Source: Gemmatimonadota bacterium (GTDB taxonomy: Bacteria > Latescibacterota > UBA2968 > UBA8231). Taken from it: 25,653 bases of DNA. A program made the translations under genes and the position numbers. Position 1 is the stretch's first letter; each line of letters opens with the position of its first letter. The notes beneath the pieces were generated by a model. The model ran no database searches. It was not told where the DNA came from and saw only the letters and a program-made list of their open reading frames with translations. Positions 11,400 to 19,896 of the stretch are shown here, in pieces. Location: the NCBI GenBank assembly GCA_038128265.1, contig JAYPJE010000025.1, positions 20,410 to 46,062 of the forward strand, read 5' to 3'.

Positions 11400-12662
11400 T
11401 TACGAAACCGTTCCGTTAGTAAATACGTTTTCCCGAAATAGCTTATCCATCTCTCTGGGCGTGCAGAGACCATTTTCAACCAACCGGATGCCCATCCGGC
11501 TCATTGCTTCGCGCTCTTCAACGGAAAACTTGAAGATGCGATCGACAAACAACAATATGTTGCACCGGCCACCGTGATTGCGCATGATCTGGTTTGCCAG
11601 CGTCACGCCGCCACCGGGCCTATCGTCGGATATCAAAACCAACCGCATATCGTCGCTTTTGAGATCGACAATGTTCAGCACATCCCGCGTGTTGTCTGCT
11701 AGCACATAGCCCACATCGCCGCCCACTTCGCTATTTGCTATTTCCAAAGCCTGAATTTTCGTCCTGAGATGACCAACGGCGCGCTCGTTGGCGGGGCGAG
11801 CTAATTCGGCCCGTTCGATGCTTTTTTCCACCAACAGCACAAAGGGAAAATGGCGATCGTAAAGCATATCGCGAGCCGACCCCATGAGCATGGCGTCAAT
11901 TGAAAACGACCGCTTCTTGATTTTTCTATTGGCCTGCCCGCGCATGACCCGAGCAATTTTGTCCCTCAGCTGGCTCGGTTTAAACGGCTTGGATACGTAG
12001 TTAGTCACGCCCGACCTCATCGCTTCGATGACGTCCTGGTGATTGCTGCGCGACGTGGACATAATGATCGGCATATCGGCCAGATCGGGTTCGGCACGCA
12101 CGTGTTCTACTAGCTCCAAACCCGACATATTGGGCATATTCCAATCGGTGATCAGCAGGTCGAAACGCCCTTCGCACAGCAGCTCCCATGCCTCCACGCC
12201 GTCGTAGGCCTCGTAGACATTGGAATAGCCCATACCTTCCAACATCTTCTTTAGTACGCCCATCATAGAGGTTGAATCTTCGGCTATCAGGACGTTCACC
12301 GACTTTAAAACAGACTCTATCTTGGCCTTCAATTCCACGTCGTTAAATGGCTTCGATATAAAGTCGTTGGCGCCGGTACTCATCGCTTCTATAACTTCGT
12401 CCTGCCCCGAGCGCGACGTCGACACAAGGATGGGAATATCGACCGTATCCGGATTGGTGCGCAGCACATTGATCAGTTCTAAACCCGACATATTGGGCAT
12501 ATCCCAATCGGTGATCAGCAGATCAAACGATTCATCCAGAACTAGCTTCAGCGCTTGGGCACCATCCTCTGCTTCGCGTATATCATCATATCCCAAGCTG
12601 TTTAATAGCCTTACTAGGATTTTCCGCATTGTAGAAGAATCTTCGGCAAGCACAATTTTCAT
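11400..12662 (-). CDS. Response regulator: two tandem CheY-like receivers + receiver-like unknown domain
   Basis: Two complete receivers (LAED..TDWDMP..STSR..SKPF and IAED..TDWNMP..STSR..SKPF) followed by the shared C-terminal domain. ATG 12662 follows GAAAGG. Confidence 0.87.
   Translation of the reverse strand: MKIVLAEDSSTMRKILVRLLNSLGYDDIREAEDGAQALKLVLDESFDLLITDWDMPNMSGLELINVLRTNPDTVDIPILVSTSRSGQDEVIEAMSTGANDFISKPFNDVELKAKIESVLKSVNVLIAEDSTSMMGVLKKMLEGMGYSNVYEAYDGVEAWELLCEGRFDLLITDWNMPNMSGLELVEHVRAEPDLADMPIIMSTSRSNHQDVIEAMRSGVTNYVSKPFKPSQLRDKIARVMRGQANRKIKKRSFSIDAMLMGSARDMLYDRHFPFVLLVEKSIERAELARPANERAVGHLRTKIQALEIANSEVGGDVGYVLADNTRDVLNIVDLKSDDMRLVLISDDRPGGGVTLANQIMRNHGGRCNILLFVDRIFKFSVEEREAMSRMGIRLVENGLCTPREMDKLFRENVFTNGTVS
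12118..12521. repeat. Near-identical DNA repeats encoding the receiver phosphoacceptor loop
   Basis: 12118-12158 and 12481-12521 match at 40 of 41 nt. 12121-12148 is identical (28 nt) to 11112-11139. A more diverged copy lies at about 10127-10154. Confidence 0.85.
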
Positions 12663-12755
12663 ATCGCTTAGACCTTTCCGAACTAGACCAGCCATTCAAA
12701 TCTTTAGATAAGATAAAAACATTTCAGACTGAAAAAAGTGTAAAATTATTGTGTT

Positions 12756-12793
12756 TAAGTATATTTTTATACTTATTTTGGTATTTTTGCCAA
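12756..12793 (-). promoter_or_regulatory. Putative sigma70 promoter of the receiver cassette, overlapped by an inverted repeat
   Basis: Minus strand TTGGCA (12793-12788) -16 nt- TATAAA (12771-12766) in a very AT-rich tract; perfect IR TAAGTATA-N4-TATACTTA at 12756-12775. Confidence 0.5.
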
Positions 12794-12927
12794 TTTTTGC
12801 GAACAATCGCGAACAATGCCATGTAATGACTCCGCCCCTTGCACCGCTTGGTGCGAAAGAGCAGGCACCCGATCCACTGTCCAGATCGGTTGTCCTATCG
12901 GCGCTGAACAGCGTTCTTAGTGAGAAC

Positions 12928-13218
12928 ATGTCCATCGACCCGCGTCAAATTGTGTGGATGCGCTCCCAGTGGAAGCGTTTTCGCCTCATTCTCTGCATTT
13001 GCACCGGCATCGCCTGGTTGGTGTGCTGCGCCGGCATCATACTGCTCGGGCGCGAAGACCTGCCCATTCTGCTGTCCATGATCTTCATGCTGCTAGTCGT
13101 GACGGGGCTCTTTATCTACCTGCTATGGATGACGCGCCGCGAGCTCAAATCGCTTGATCGCCAGGCAATTGAACTGCGCGCCCAAGCCCTGCGCGCAGAA
13201 GGGGCTAAAACGGGGTAG
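12928..13218 (+). CDS. Small hypothetical membrane protein (two TM helices)
   Basis: Two hydrophobic stretches (LILCICTGIAWLVCCAGIILLG; ILLSMIFMLLVVTGLFIYLLWM) and a charged helical tail. GC-rich codons from ATG 12928; the upstream extension runs through AT-rich promoter DNA. Confidence 0.7.
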   Translation: MSIDPRQIVWMRSQWKRFRLILCICTGIAWLVCCAGIILLGREDLPILLSMIFMLLVVTGLFIYLLWMTRRELKSLDRQAIELRAQALRAEGAKTG

Positions 13219-13234
13219 GCCTCGCTGAGATTTC

Positions 13235-13263
13235 TTGCCGAAAACATTAATAATACGTATCTT
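13235..13263 (+). promoter_or_regulatory. Putative sigma70 promoter for the mfd operon
   Basis: TTGCCG -17 nt- TATCTT with an AT-rich spacer, about 66 nt upstream of the mfd ATG. Confidence 0.6.
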
Positions 13264-13329
13264 ACGTCGATTATAGCCGACCGCTAATCGGCCTTCTTCA
13301 ACGCACACATTACCGTCAGATTCATCCTC

Positions 13330-16300
13330 ATGGACCCCGCCCACACTCTCGATGCGCTGGCGCGCCAAACGGCGCAGACGCCCAGCTTCAACGCCGTTGT
13401 TTCGCGCCTGCGCGACGGCGAGCGAGAGGTCCTACTCGGCAGCTTACCCAACGCGCTGGCGGCCTTTCTGCTGATACATCTCCAGCGCACGCTCGGGCGC
13501 ACCGTGCTGCTAGTTGCTGCCGATGAAGATCGGGCCGAACAGTGGCGCGATGACCTGCAGGCCATAGCCGGTAGCGAGGTGGTTCGCTATCTACCCGCTT
13601 GGGATGCCGATTTGTACGATAGGCGTTCACCCGACATCGAGATTACCGGCCTGCGCATCGAAGCGGCCATGCGCCTGCAGAGCCAAGCGGATTCGATCAT
13701 CGTTGCGCCCGCCGCTGCGCTGCTATCGCCCATCATCCCACCGCACGCCATGGAACTGGCCTCGCTGCACTTAAAAAAGGGCGACGAGCAGCCGCCAGAC
13801 GACATCGTATCGCATCTGATCGACTGCGGTTTTGAGCGCGTCCCAACGGTAGACGGCCTAGGGCAGTTCAGCATGCGCGGCGGTATACTCGACGTGTATC
13901 CCTTTGCTAACGAGCACCCCTTCCGCATCGAATTTTTCGGCGACGAAATCGAATCCATTCGCCTTTTCGACGTCAGCACGCAGCGCTCGCGCGGCCACTG
14001 CGAAGAGGCGCACATTCCACCGGCGCGCGAAGTCGTGCTCTGCTCGCCATTCTACGAGGACTACCTGCAGCGCCTGACTGGCGTCGAAGGGCATGAACGC
14101 GCCGTCGAGGCGCTGCGCGATCAGTTTGAACTGGGCACTTCGCTGGAGGGCGTAGAGAGCTATATGGCCCTGCTCTATGGACGCGATGGCGGCCTTTTCG
14201 AATACCTCGACAATCCGCTCGTATTTTGCGAGGAAGAAGAAGACGTGTACGCCGAATTGGACAAGGCCGCTGCACGACCGCAGAAGGAGTATGAGCGCCA
14301 CGGCGAGCGCGACGAACTCGTTCCCCCGAGCGAATTGATGCGCGACGCCGGCTGGCTGCGCGATCGTCTATCGCAGTGTGCCTGCCTGCGACCCGCGCCG
14401 CTGGGACGCAGCGGCGATGCCGTGCAGTTTAACGCAAGTGATGCGCGTACCTACGAGGGCGAAGTCGCTCTGCTGCGCAAGGAAATCGATCGCTTCACCG
14501 ATCAGGACTACGCCGTCCACATGCGCTGCGAAACGCAGGGCCAGAGCAGCCGCCTGCAGGAAATGTTTGTCGACTGGCCGGACATCCACTTCGGCCTCGG
14601 CACGCTGCATCGAGGGTTCACCTTTCCCGAGGCACACCTCGTCCTGCTCAACGATCACGAGTTATTCAGCCGCCAAAAACGGCGTTTTCGCTACCGCAAG
14701 TTTCGCTCTGCCGCACCGCTGCCCAACCACGCTGCATTAAAGCGCGGCGATTTTGTCGTCCACATCGATCACGGCATTGGCCGCTACGGCGGCATTAAAC
14801 GCCTGTCTATCGGCGGCCGCGAGCACGACTGTCTAACCGTTAGCTACCACGGTGCAGATCGCCTATTCGTGCCGGTTGAACAGCTCGACCGCCTGCGCAA
14901 ATACTCCAGCGCCGAGGGAGACGTGCCCGCGCTCAGTCGCCTCGGCGGCACGGCCTGGGAAAAGCTCAAAGAGCGCACGCGCGAGGAAATTTTCAAGATG
15001 GCCAGCGAGCTGGTGCAGCTCTATGCCGAGCGCAAAGCGCTGCCCGGTTTCCGCTTCAGCGCCGACAGCTCCATGCAGCAGCAGTTGGAAGCGACTTTTC
15101 CGTTTCAGGAGACGCCGGACCAGCTGCGCACGATGGAAGAGGTCCGCGCCGATATGGAATCGCCGCACCCCATGGATCGCCTGGTCTGCGGAGACGTTGG
15201 CTACGGCAAGACGGAAGTGGCCGTGCGCGCCGCCTTTAAAGCCGTCTGCGACCAGAAACAAGTGGCCGTGCTAGTGCCAACGACCATCTTGGCCGAACAG
15301 CACTACCAGACCTTTCGCGAGCGCATGGCGCACGCGCCCGTGCGCGTGGAAGCGCTTTCGCGCTTTCGCTCTGCAAAAGAGCAGAAGCAGGTCGTAGAGG
15401 CCGTTAAGAACGGCAGCGTCGACGTGCTGATCGGCACACATCGCATCCTATCCAAAGACGTACGCTTTCGCGATCTGGGCCTGATGATCGTCGACGAGGA
15501 ACAGCGCTTCGGCGTGCGCCACAAAGAAAAACTCAAACAGCTTAAGCGCCTCGTCGACGTGCTGACGCTGACGGCAACGCCCATCCCGCGGACCCTGCAT
15601 ATGTCGCTGATGGGTTCGCGCGATATGTCCATCATCAACACGCCGCCGCAGGACCGCCTACCCATCCACACCGAGATTATCGCATTTGACGAAGCGCGCA
15701 TCACCGAGGCGATTCACCGCGAAGTGGAGCGCGGCGGCCAGGTTTACTTTGTGCACAACCGCATCCAGCCGCTCTACCGCCTGTGCGAGTATCTGCAGGA
15801 GCTGCTGCCGCACGTGCGCTTTGCCGTAGCACACGGTCAGATGGCCCCGCGTCAGCTCGAAGGGATAATGATGGACTTCATGGAAAAGAAGTACGACTGC
15901 CTTGTATCGACCATGATTATCGAATCCGGCATCGACATTCCCTCCGTCAATACCATACTAGTCAACAGAGCCGATACCATTGGCCTCAGTCAGCTGTATC
16001 AGATCCGCGGTCGCGTCGGCCGCTCCAACGAGCGAGCCTACGCCTATTTGCTGGTGCCCAAGGGCAAAAAGCTGCCCAAGAAAAGCCGCATGCGCCTGCG
16101 CGCCATAGAGGAATTTTCCGATCTAGGGTCGGGCTTTAACATCGCCATGCGCGATATGGAAATTCGCGGCGCGGGCAATCTCGTCGGCGCGCAGCAGCAC
16201 GGCTTTATCGCCGCCGTGGGCTTCGACCTGTACTGTCGCCTGCTCGACGAGGCCATGCGCGAACTCAAGGGCGAGAGCGCACCCGACCATCCCGAACCCG

Positions 16301-16731
16301 ATGTCAAAATCGCCGTCAGTGCGTACATTCCCGATGAGTACGTGCCCAACGCCGACCAGAAGATGGAGTTCTACCAGCGCCTAGCCGATGCCCAGCGCAT
16401 CGTCGAATTGCTCGAAATACGCGAGGAGATGGAAGATCGCTTCGGCCGCATGCCCGAACCGACTCGCTCGCTGATGCACATCATGGAAATCAAGGTCATG
16501 GCGCGGCAAATAGGCCTGGAAAAAGTTCAGCTGGAAAAGAGCCGCTTTGTGATGGCCTTCCCCCAGGAGCGCCAGATCACACCCGGCGACATTCAGCAGA
16601 TCGTCGAAAAGTGCTCTGTGCCCCTCGACTTCGACCTGGGCGAACGGCTGCACATTTCGCTACAGGTCGGCGGTCGCGACGAAATCGAGCGGCTAGAAAA
16701 AGCGCGCGAGGCCATGGGGGAAATGCTCTGA
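13330..16731 (+). CDS. mfd: Transcription-repair coupling factor
   Basis: UvrB-homology module (RGGILDVYP, RIEFFGDEIESIR), RID (VVHIDHGIGRY), translocase motifs (CGDVGYGKTEVA, DEEQRFG, TATPIPRT, QIRGRVGR), TRG (DMEIRGAGN) and C-terminal TRCF domain (DRFG). Confidence 0.98.
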   Translation: MDPAHTLDALARQTAQTPSFNAVVSRLRDGEREVLLGSLPNALAAFLLIHLQRTLGRTVLLVAADEDRAEQWRDDLQAIAGSEVVRYLPAWDADLYDRRSPDIEITGLRIEAAMRLQSQADSIIVAPAAALLSPIIPPHAMELASLHLKKGDEQPPDDIVSHLIDCGFERVPTVDGLGQFSMRGGILDVYPFANEHPFRIEFFGDEIESIRLFDVSTQRSRGHCEEAHIPPAREVVLCSPFYEDYLQRLTGVEGHERAVEALRDQFELGTSLEGVESYMALLYGRDGGLFEYLDNPLVFCEEEEDVYAELDKAAARPQKEYERHGERDELVPPSELMRDAGWLRDRLSQCACLRPAPLGRSGDAVQFNASDARTYEGEVALLRKEIDRFTDQDYAVHMRCETQGQSSRLQEMFVDWPDIHFGLGTLHRGFTFPEAHLVLLNDHELFSRQKRRFRYRKFRSAAPLPNHAALKRGDFVVHIDHGIGRYGGIKRLSIGGREHDCLTVSYHGADRLFVPVEQLDRLRKYSSAEGDVPALSRLGGTAWEKLKERTREEIFKMASELVQLYAERKALPGFRFSADSSMQQQLEATFPFQETPDQLRTMEEVRADMESPHPMDRLVCGDVGYGKTEVAVRAAFKAVCDQKQVAVLVPTTILAEQHYQTFRERMAHAPVRVEALSRFRSAKEQKQVVEAVKNGSVDVLIGTHRILSKDVRFRDLGLMIVDEEQRFGVRHKEKLKQLKRLVDVLTLTATPIPRTLHMSLMGSRDMSIINTPPQDRLPIHTEIIAFDEARITEAIHREVERGGQVYFVHNRIQPLYRLCEYLQELLPHVRFAVAHGQMAPRQLEGIMMDFMEKKYDCLVSTMIIESGIDIPSVNTILVNRADTIGLSQLYQIRGRVGRSNERAYAYLLVPKGKKLPKKSRMRLRAIEEFSDLGSGFNIAMRDMEIRGAGNLVGAQQHGFIAAVGFDLYCRLLDEAMRELKGESAPDHPEPDVKIAVSAYIPDEYVPNADQKMEFYQRLADAQRIVELLEIREEMEDRFGRMPEPTRSLMHIMEIKVMARQIGLEKVQLEKSRFVMAFPQERQITPGDIQQIVEKCSVPLDFDLGERLHISLQVGGRDEIERLEKAREAMGEML

Positions 16732-16732
16732 A

Positions 16733-17524
16733 ATGCCGGCGTATGCTGCCCTCTTCTTGTTGCTGGCTGCCTGCGGCGCATCGGGCCCACAGGAAGACAT
16801 CGTCGCCCGCGTCGGCGATGCCTACCTCGAGGCTAGCGCGCTAGAGGCATTGCTGCCCTACGACGCCAGTGCTGAGGACCGCCAGCGTGCCCTCGACGAT
16901 TGGATCGGCCGTGAGCTGCTCTACCGAGAGGCCCTGCAGCGCCAGTTGCACGAGGACATACGCCTGCAGCAACAGTTGGAGCGCACGCGGCGCAACCTGC
17001 TGCTGGCCGCGCTCTTAGATGACGAGTTTGGTCGCGGGGAAACAGATGTCTCAGAGGGCGAGATTCGGCAGCACTACGATGAGCACCTCGACCTCTTCCA
17101 ACGCGAAGAGCCCGAAGTGCGCGTGCGGCATATACTGCTTGCCAGCCAGCGCCAAGCCAACGCGCGCCGCGCCGACCTGCGCCGCGGTGCCGACTTTGCC
17201 GATGTAGCGCGCAGCCACTCGGAAGATGTCGACACGCGCAGCCGCGGCGGCGAACTCGATGCGTTTTCGCAGAGCGACGATCCCATGCTGTGGTCTGCTT
17301 GTGAAGACCTAGCGCTCAACGAGGTATCGCGGCCCATTCGCACGGAATATGGATACCATCTGATAGAAGTGCTCGAGCGCTACGACGAGGGCAGCGCGCA
17401 ACCGTTGGAACAAGTGCGGGCGCAAATCGTCGAAACTATCGTCTGGCAAAAACACCGCCAGCGCATGAACCAACTAGTGGAAACGCTAAAAAAACGCGAG
17501 GATTGGGCCGTTGTCAGCCAATAG
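16733..17524 (+). CDS. Parvulin-type peptidyl-prolyl isomerase, predicted lipoprotein (PrsA/PpiC-like)
   Basis: Lipobox LLAA-C, VRHILL, FADVARSHSED, GGEL, TEYGYHLI. Confidence 0.88.
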   Translation: MPAYAALFLLLAACGASGPQEDIVARVGDAYLEASALEALLPYDASAEDRQRALDDWIGRELLYREALQRQLHEDIRLQQQLERTRRNLLLAALLDDEFGRGETDVSEGEIRQHYDEHLDLFQREEPEVRVRHILLASQRQANARRADLRRGADFADVARSHSEDVDTRSRGGELDAFSQSDDPMLWSACEDLALNEVSRPIRTEYGYHLIEVLERYDEGSAQPLEQVRAQIVETIVWQKHRQRMNQLVETLKKREDWAVVSQ

Positions 17525-17528
17525 ACCT

Positions 17529-18848
17529 ATGCAGAAAACCTTTCGCACGCTTATCCTGCTCCCCGCCCTGTTTTTTTTGACACCTGGGCCGAGCACGGCC
17601 GCAGAGCTCATCGACCGCATTGTCGCTTCGGTAGACAACCATATCATTCTCTGGTCCGAGCTCAACTACCGCCTGCGCTTCGAGATGGACGAGCGCGACC
17701 TAACCGTCTATTCGCCGCCCGATTCCATCGAAGCGCTGCGCATGCAGGTGCTCGACGACATGGTGGACGAGCAGGTCCTCATTCTCAAAGCGCAAAGGGA
17801 CAGCTTGCAGATCGACCCAGCGGAAGTCGAGGAAATGCTCGTACAGCAGTTCCGCATGGCGCGTAGCAATATGAGCGACAGCGAGTTTGAGGAAATGTTG
17901 GAACGCGTTGGCCTCACCGAGCGGCAGCTGAAACAGCGCTATCGCAAAGAAATTCGACACCGCCTGCTGTATCGCCAGATGCGCAACGTCGTCTCCTTTC
18001 GCCAGCACATTACGCACCGCGAAGTAGAAGCCTTCCGCCAGGTGTTGGGCGATACGCTGCCACTGCAAATCTCGCTGAGCCATATCCGCGTCAAAATCCG
18101 CCCTAGCGATGATATCCTCGCAGAAAAGCGCACGCGCGCCTCGGAGGTAGAGCAGCGCCTGCGCGATGGGGCCGACTTCGCCGCCCTGGCGCGCGAGGTG
18201 TCGGAAGACCCGGGCTCGGCTTCCAACGGCGGCGACCTCGGCTGCTTTGGCGCTGGCACGCTGGTACCGGAATTTGAAGAGGTCGCCTTTCAGCTCAAGC
18301 AAGGAGAAATCAGCGCTCCCGTGCTATCGCCCTACGGCTACCACGTTATTCGCCTCAACGAAAAGCGCGAGGATGCCATCTGTGCCAGCCACATCTTGGT
18401 GCTGGCCAAAACGGTCGACGGCGATAAGGAGCGCGCCGCAGAGCGCCTGCGCGAACTGCGCCGCCGCACGGATGACGGAGAGGACTTTGCCGCGCTGGCA
18501 CGCGCGCACTCAGACGATCCCAACTCGGCCATGCAGGGTGGTCTGTGGGGCACTTTTCCGCGCGACCAGATTCCCGTCTTTCTCAAGCCCTACATCGACG
18601 GCCTGAAGCTGGGCCAAGTGAGCGAGCCTTTTTTCCTACAGGGCGAGGGATTTCTCTTTAAGATCAACGACGACCAAGCAACGCTTGAAAGTCTGATACG
18701 CGAAACGCGCACCGAGCGCGCTATGCGCGAGCTGATACGCGACTATCGCCAGCAAATTCACATCGAGACTCGACTGGACGGAGACTATCTCCGCGAGCCA
18801 GACCATGACGCGACTGGATATATTCCTCAAGAATACGGGATTAATTAA
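17529..18848 (+). CDS. surA: SurA-like periplasmic chaperone/PPIase
   Basis: Signal peptide, IDRIVASVD..IILWSEL SurA N-domain, two parvulin domains (SHI..FAALAREVSEDPGS..GGDLG..YGYHVI; SHIL..FAALARAHSDD..GG). Start placed at ATG 17529. Confidence 0.85.
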   Translation: MQKTFRTLILLPALFFLTPGPSTAAELIDRIVASVDNHIILWSELNYRLRFEMDERDLTVYSPPDSIEALRMQVLDDMVDEQVLILKAQRDSLQIDPAEVEEMLVQQFRMARSNMSDSEFEEMLERVGLTERQLKQRYRKEIRHRLLYRQMRNVVSFRQHITHREVEAFRQVLGDTLPLQISLSHIRVKIRPSDDILAEKRTRASEVEQRLRDGADFAALAREVSEDPGSASNGGDLGCFGAGTLVPEFEEVAFQLKQGEISAPVLSPYGYHVIRLNEKREDAICASHILVLAKTVDGDKERAAERLRELRRRTDDGEDFAALARAHSDDPNSAMQGGLWGTFPRDQIPVFLKPYIDGLKLGQVSEPFFLQGEGFLFKINDDQATLESLIRETRTERAMRELIRDYRQQIHIETRLDGDYLREPDHDATGYIPQEYGIN

Positions 18849-19101
18849 ACAGCGCAGCGAAGCCAAGCGCGCCTGTGACGACGGGCGCGTTGTGCTCATT
18901 GGCTCAGAAGGAGAAAAAACCGCCAAGGCGAGCCAGGCGGTTCACGTGGGCGAGCGCGTGCGCATTGAGACGACGACGCGCCGCATAGAAGTCGAAGTGC
19001 TCGACCTTCCCGAGCGCACGCCGGCCAAACGCGATCGCCAGCGCTTCTATCGCATACTCAGCGAAGAGCGCATCGATCCCTTCGCAGATCTCAGCTTTTG
19101 A
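18805..19101 (+). CDS. S4-domain RNA-binding protein (RqcP/YabO or Hsp15 family)
   Basis: RLDIFL...LIKQRSEAKRACDDGRV...AKAS..VHVGE; overlaps the surA 3' end by 44 nt. Confidence 0.87.
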   Translation: MTRLDIFLKNTGLIKQRSEAKRACDDGRVVLIGSEGEKTAKASQAVHVGERVRIETTTRRIEVEVLDLPERTPAKRDRQRFYRILSEERIDPFADLSF

Positions 19102-19115
19102 ACGGAAACGAGGCT

Positions 19116-19883
19116 ATGGATAGCGACGCGGTACGCCAGTTTCCCTACCAAGGGCTGGCGCCCATTTACGACTACGTCATGCGCCACGTCGACTACGACG
19201 AGTGGGCCGCTTTTATAAACGACGTATTCCAGCGCCACGCACCGCGCACTCAGCGCTTGATCGACTTGGCCTGCGGCACGGGCAACGTCAGTGCCGAGCT
19301 GTCTCTGCTAGGCTTTACCGTAACGGGTGCCGACGCATCAGAGTCTATGGTCCGCGTCGCCCGAGAAAAGGCCGCGCTGCACGGCGGCGGCGAATTCGTT
19401 CAACGCGACCTGCGCGATTTGTCTGGTTTGGGCTCTTTTGAAGGCGCCGTGTGCATGTATGACAGCTTCAACTACCTCCTGGAGCAAGACGATATCGACG
19501 AAGCGCTGCGTCAGGTCTGCTCCATACTTGAGCCCGGTGGGCTCTTTGTGTTTGACGTGTGCACCGAACGCAATTCACTGCACTACTTTCGCGATATGCG
19601 CGACCGCGAGAGCGGACCGGGCTTTTCCTACGAGCGCCACAGCTATTACGAAACGGACGCGCGCTTGCAGCACAACGACTTTTCCATTCGCTTTGACGGA
19701 GACGAAACAACCTACGCCGAAGCACACGTGCAGCGCATCTACCCCCTTGCCGATATAGAACAGCGCATCGCGGCCAGTCGCTTTGAGCTCGTCGATGTGC
19801 TTGCTGAATTTACCTTTAACCCGGGCTCGGAAGATTCGGATCGCGTGCACTACGTGTTGCGCGCACCGGGCACAGGCGCTTAG
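19116..19883 (+). CDS. Class I SAM-dependent methyltransferase
   Basis: YD..M..VDY..W, IDLACGTG (motif I), GADASESM, DSFNYL, LEPGGLFVFD. ATG 19116 follows GAGG; alternative TTG at 19098. Confidence 0.9.
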   Translation: MDSDAVRQFPYQGLAPIYDYVMRHVDYDEWAAFINDVFQRHAPRTQRLIDLACGTGNVSAELSLLGFTVTGADASESMVRVAREKAALHGGGEFVQRDLRDLSGLGSFEGAVCMYDSFNYLLEQDDIDEALRQVCSILEPGGLFVFDVCTERNSLHYFRDMRDRESGPGFSYERHSYYETDARLQHNDFSIRFDGDETTYAEAHVQRIYPLADIEQRIAASRFELVDVLAEFTFNPGSEDSDRVHYVLRAPGTGA

Positions 19884-19896
19884 TCGGAGACCCACT

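Noticed and set aside
11303..11479. Open frame joining the end of REC-REC-X to REC-X (possible frameshift fusion)
   Set aside because: The upstream gene ends at the same position of domain X as its paralogues, the gap is AT-rich and intergenic-like, and I see no convincing slippery site.
10127..12521. Recurrent ~28-41 nt repeats as a CRISPR array or DGR template/variable repeats
   Set aside because: Copies are in-frame within coding receiver domains and hundreds of nt apart, with no cas or reverse transcriptase gene and no adenine-specific variation.
12801..12814. GAAC-N-GAAC as an alphaproteobacterial LexA box
   Set aside because: Spacer is 6 nt rather than 7, and the neighbouring genes are not SOS genes.
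12840..12855. TGCACC...GGTGCG as an NtrC site
   Set aside because: Spacer is 4 nt rather than 5, and no sigma54 -24/-12 motif was found nearby.
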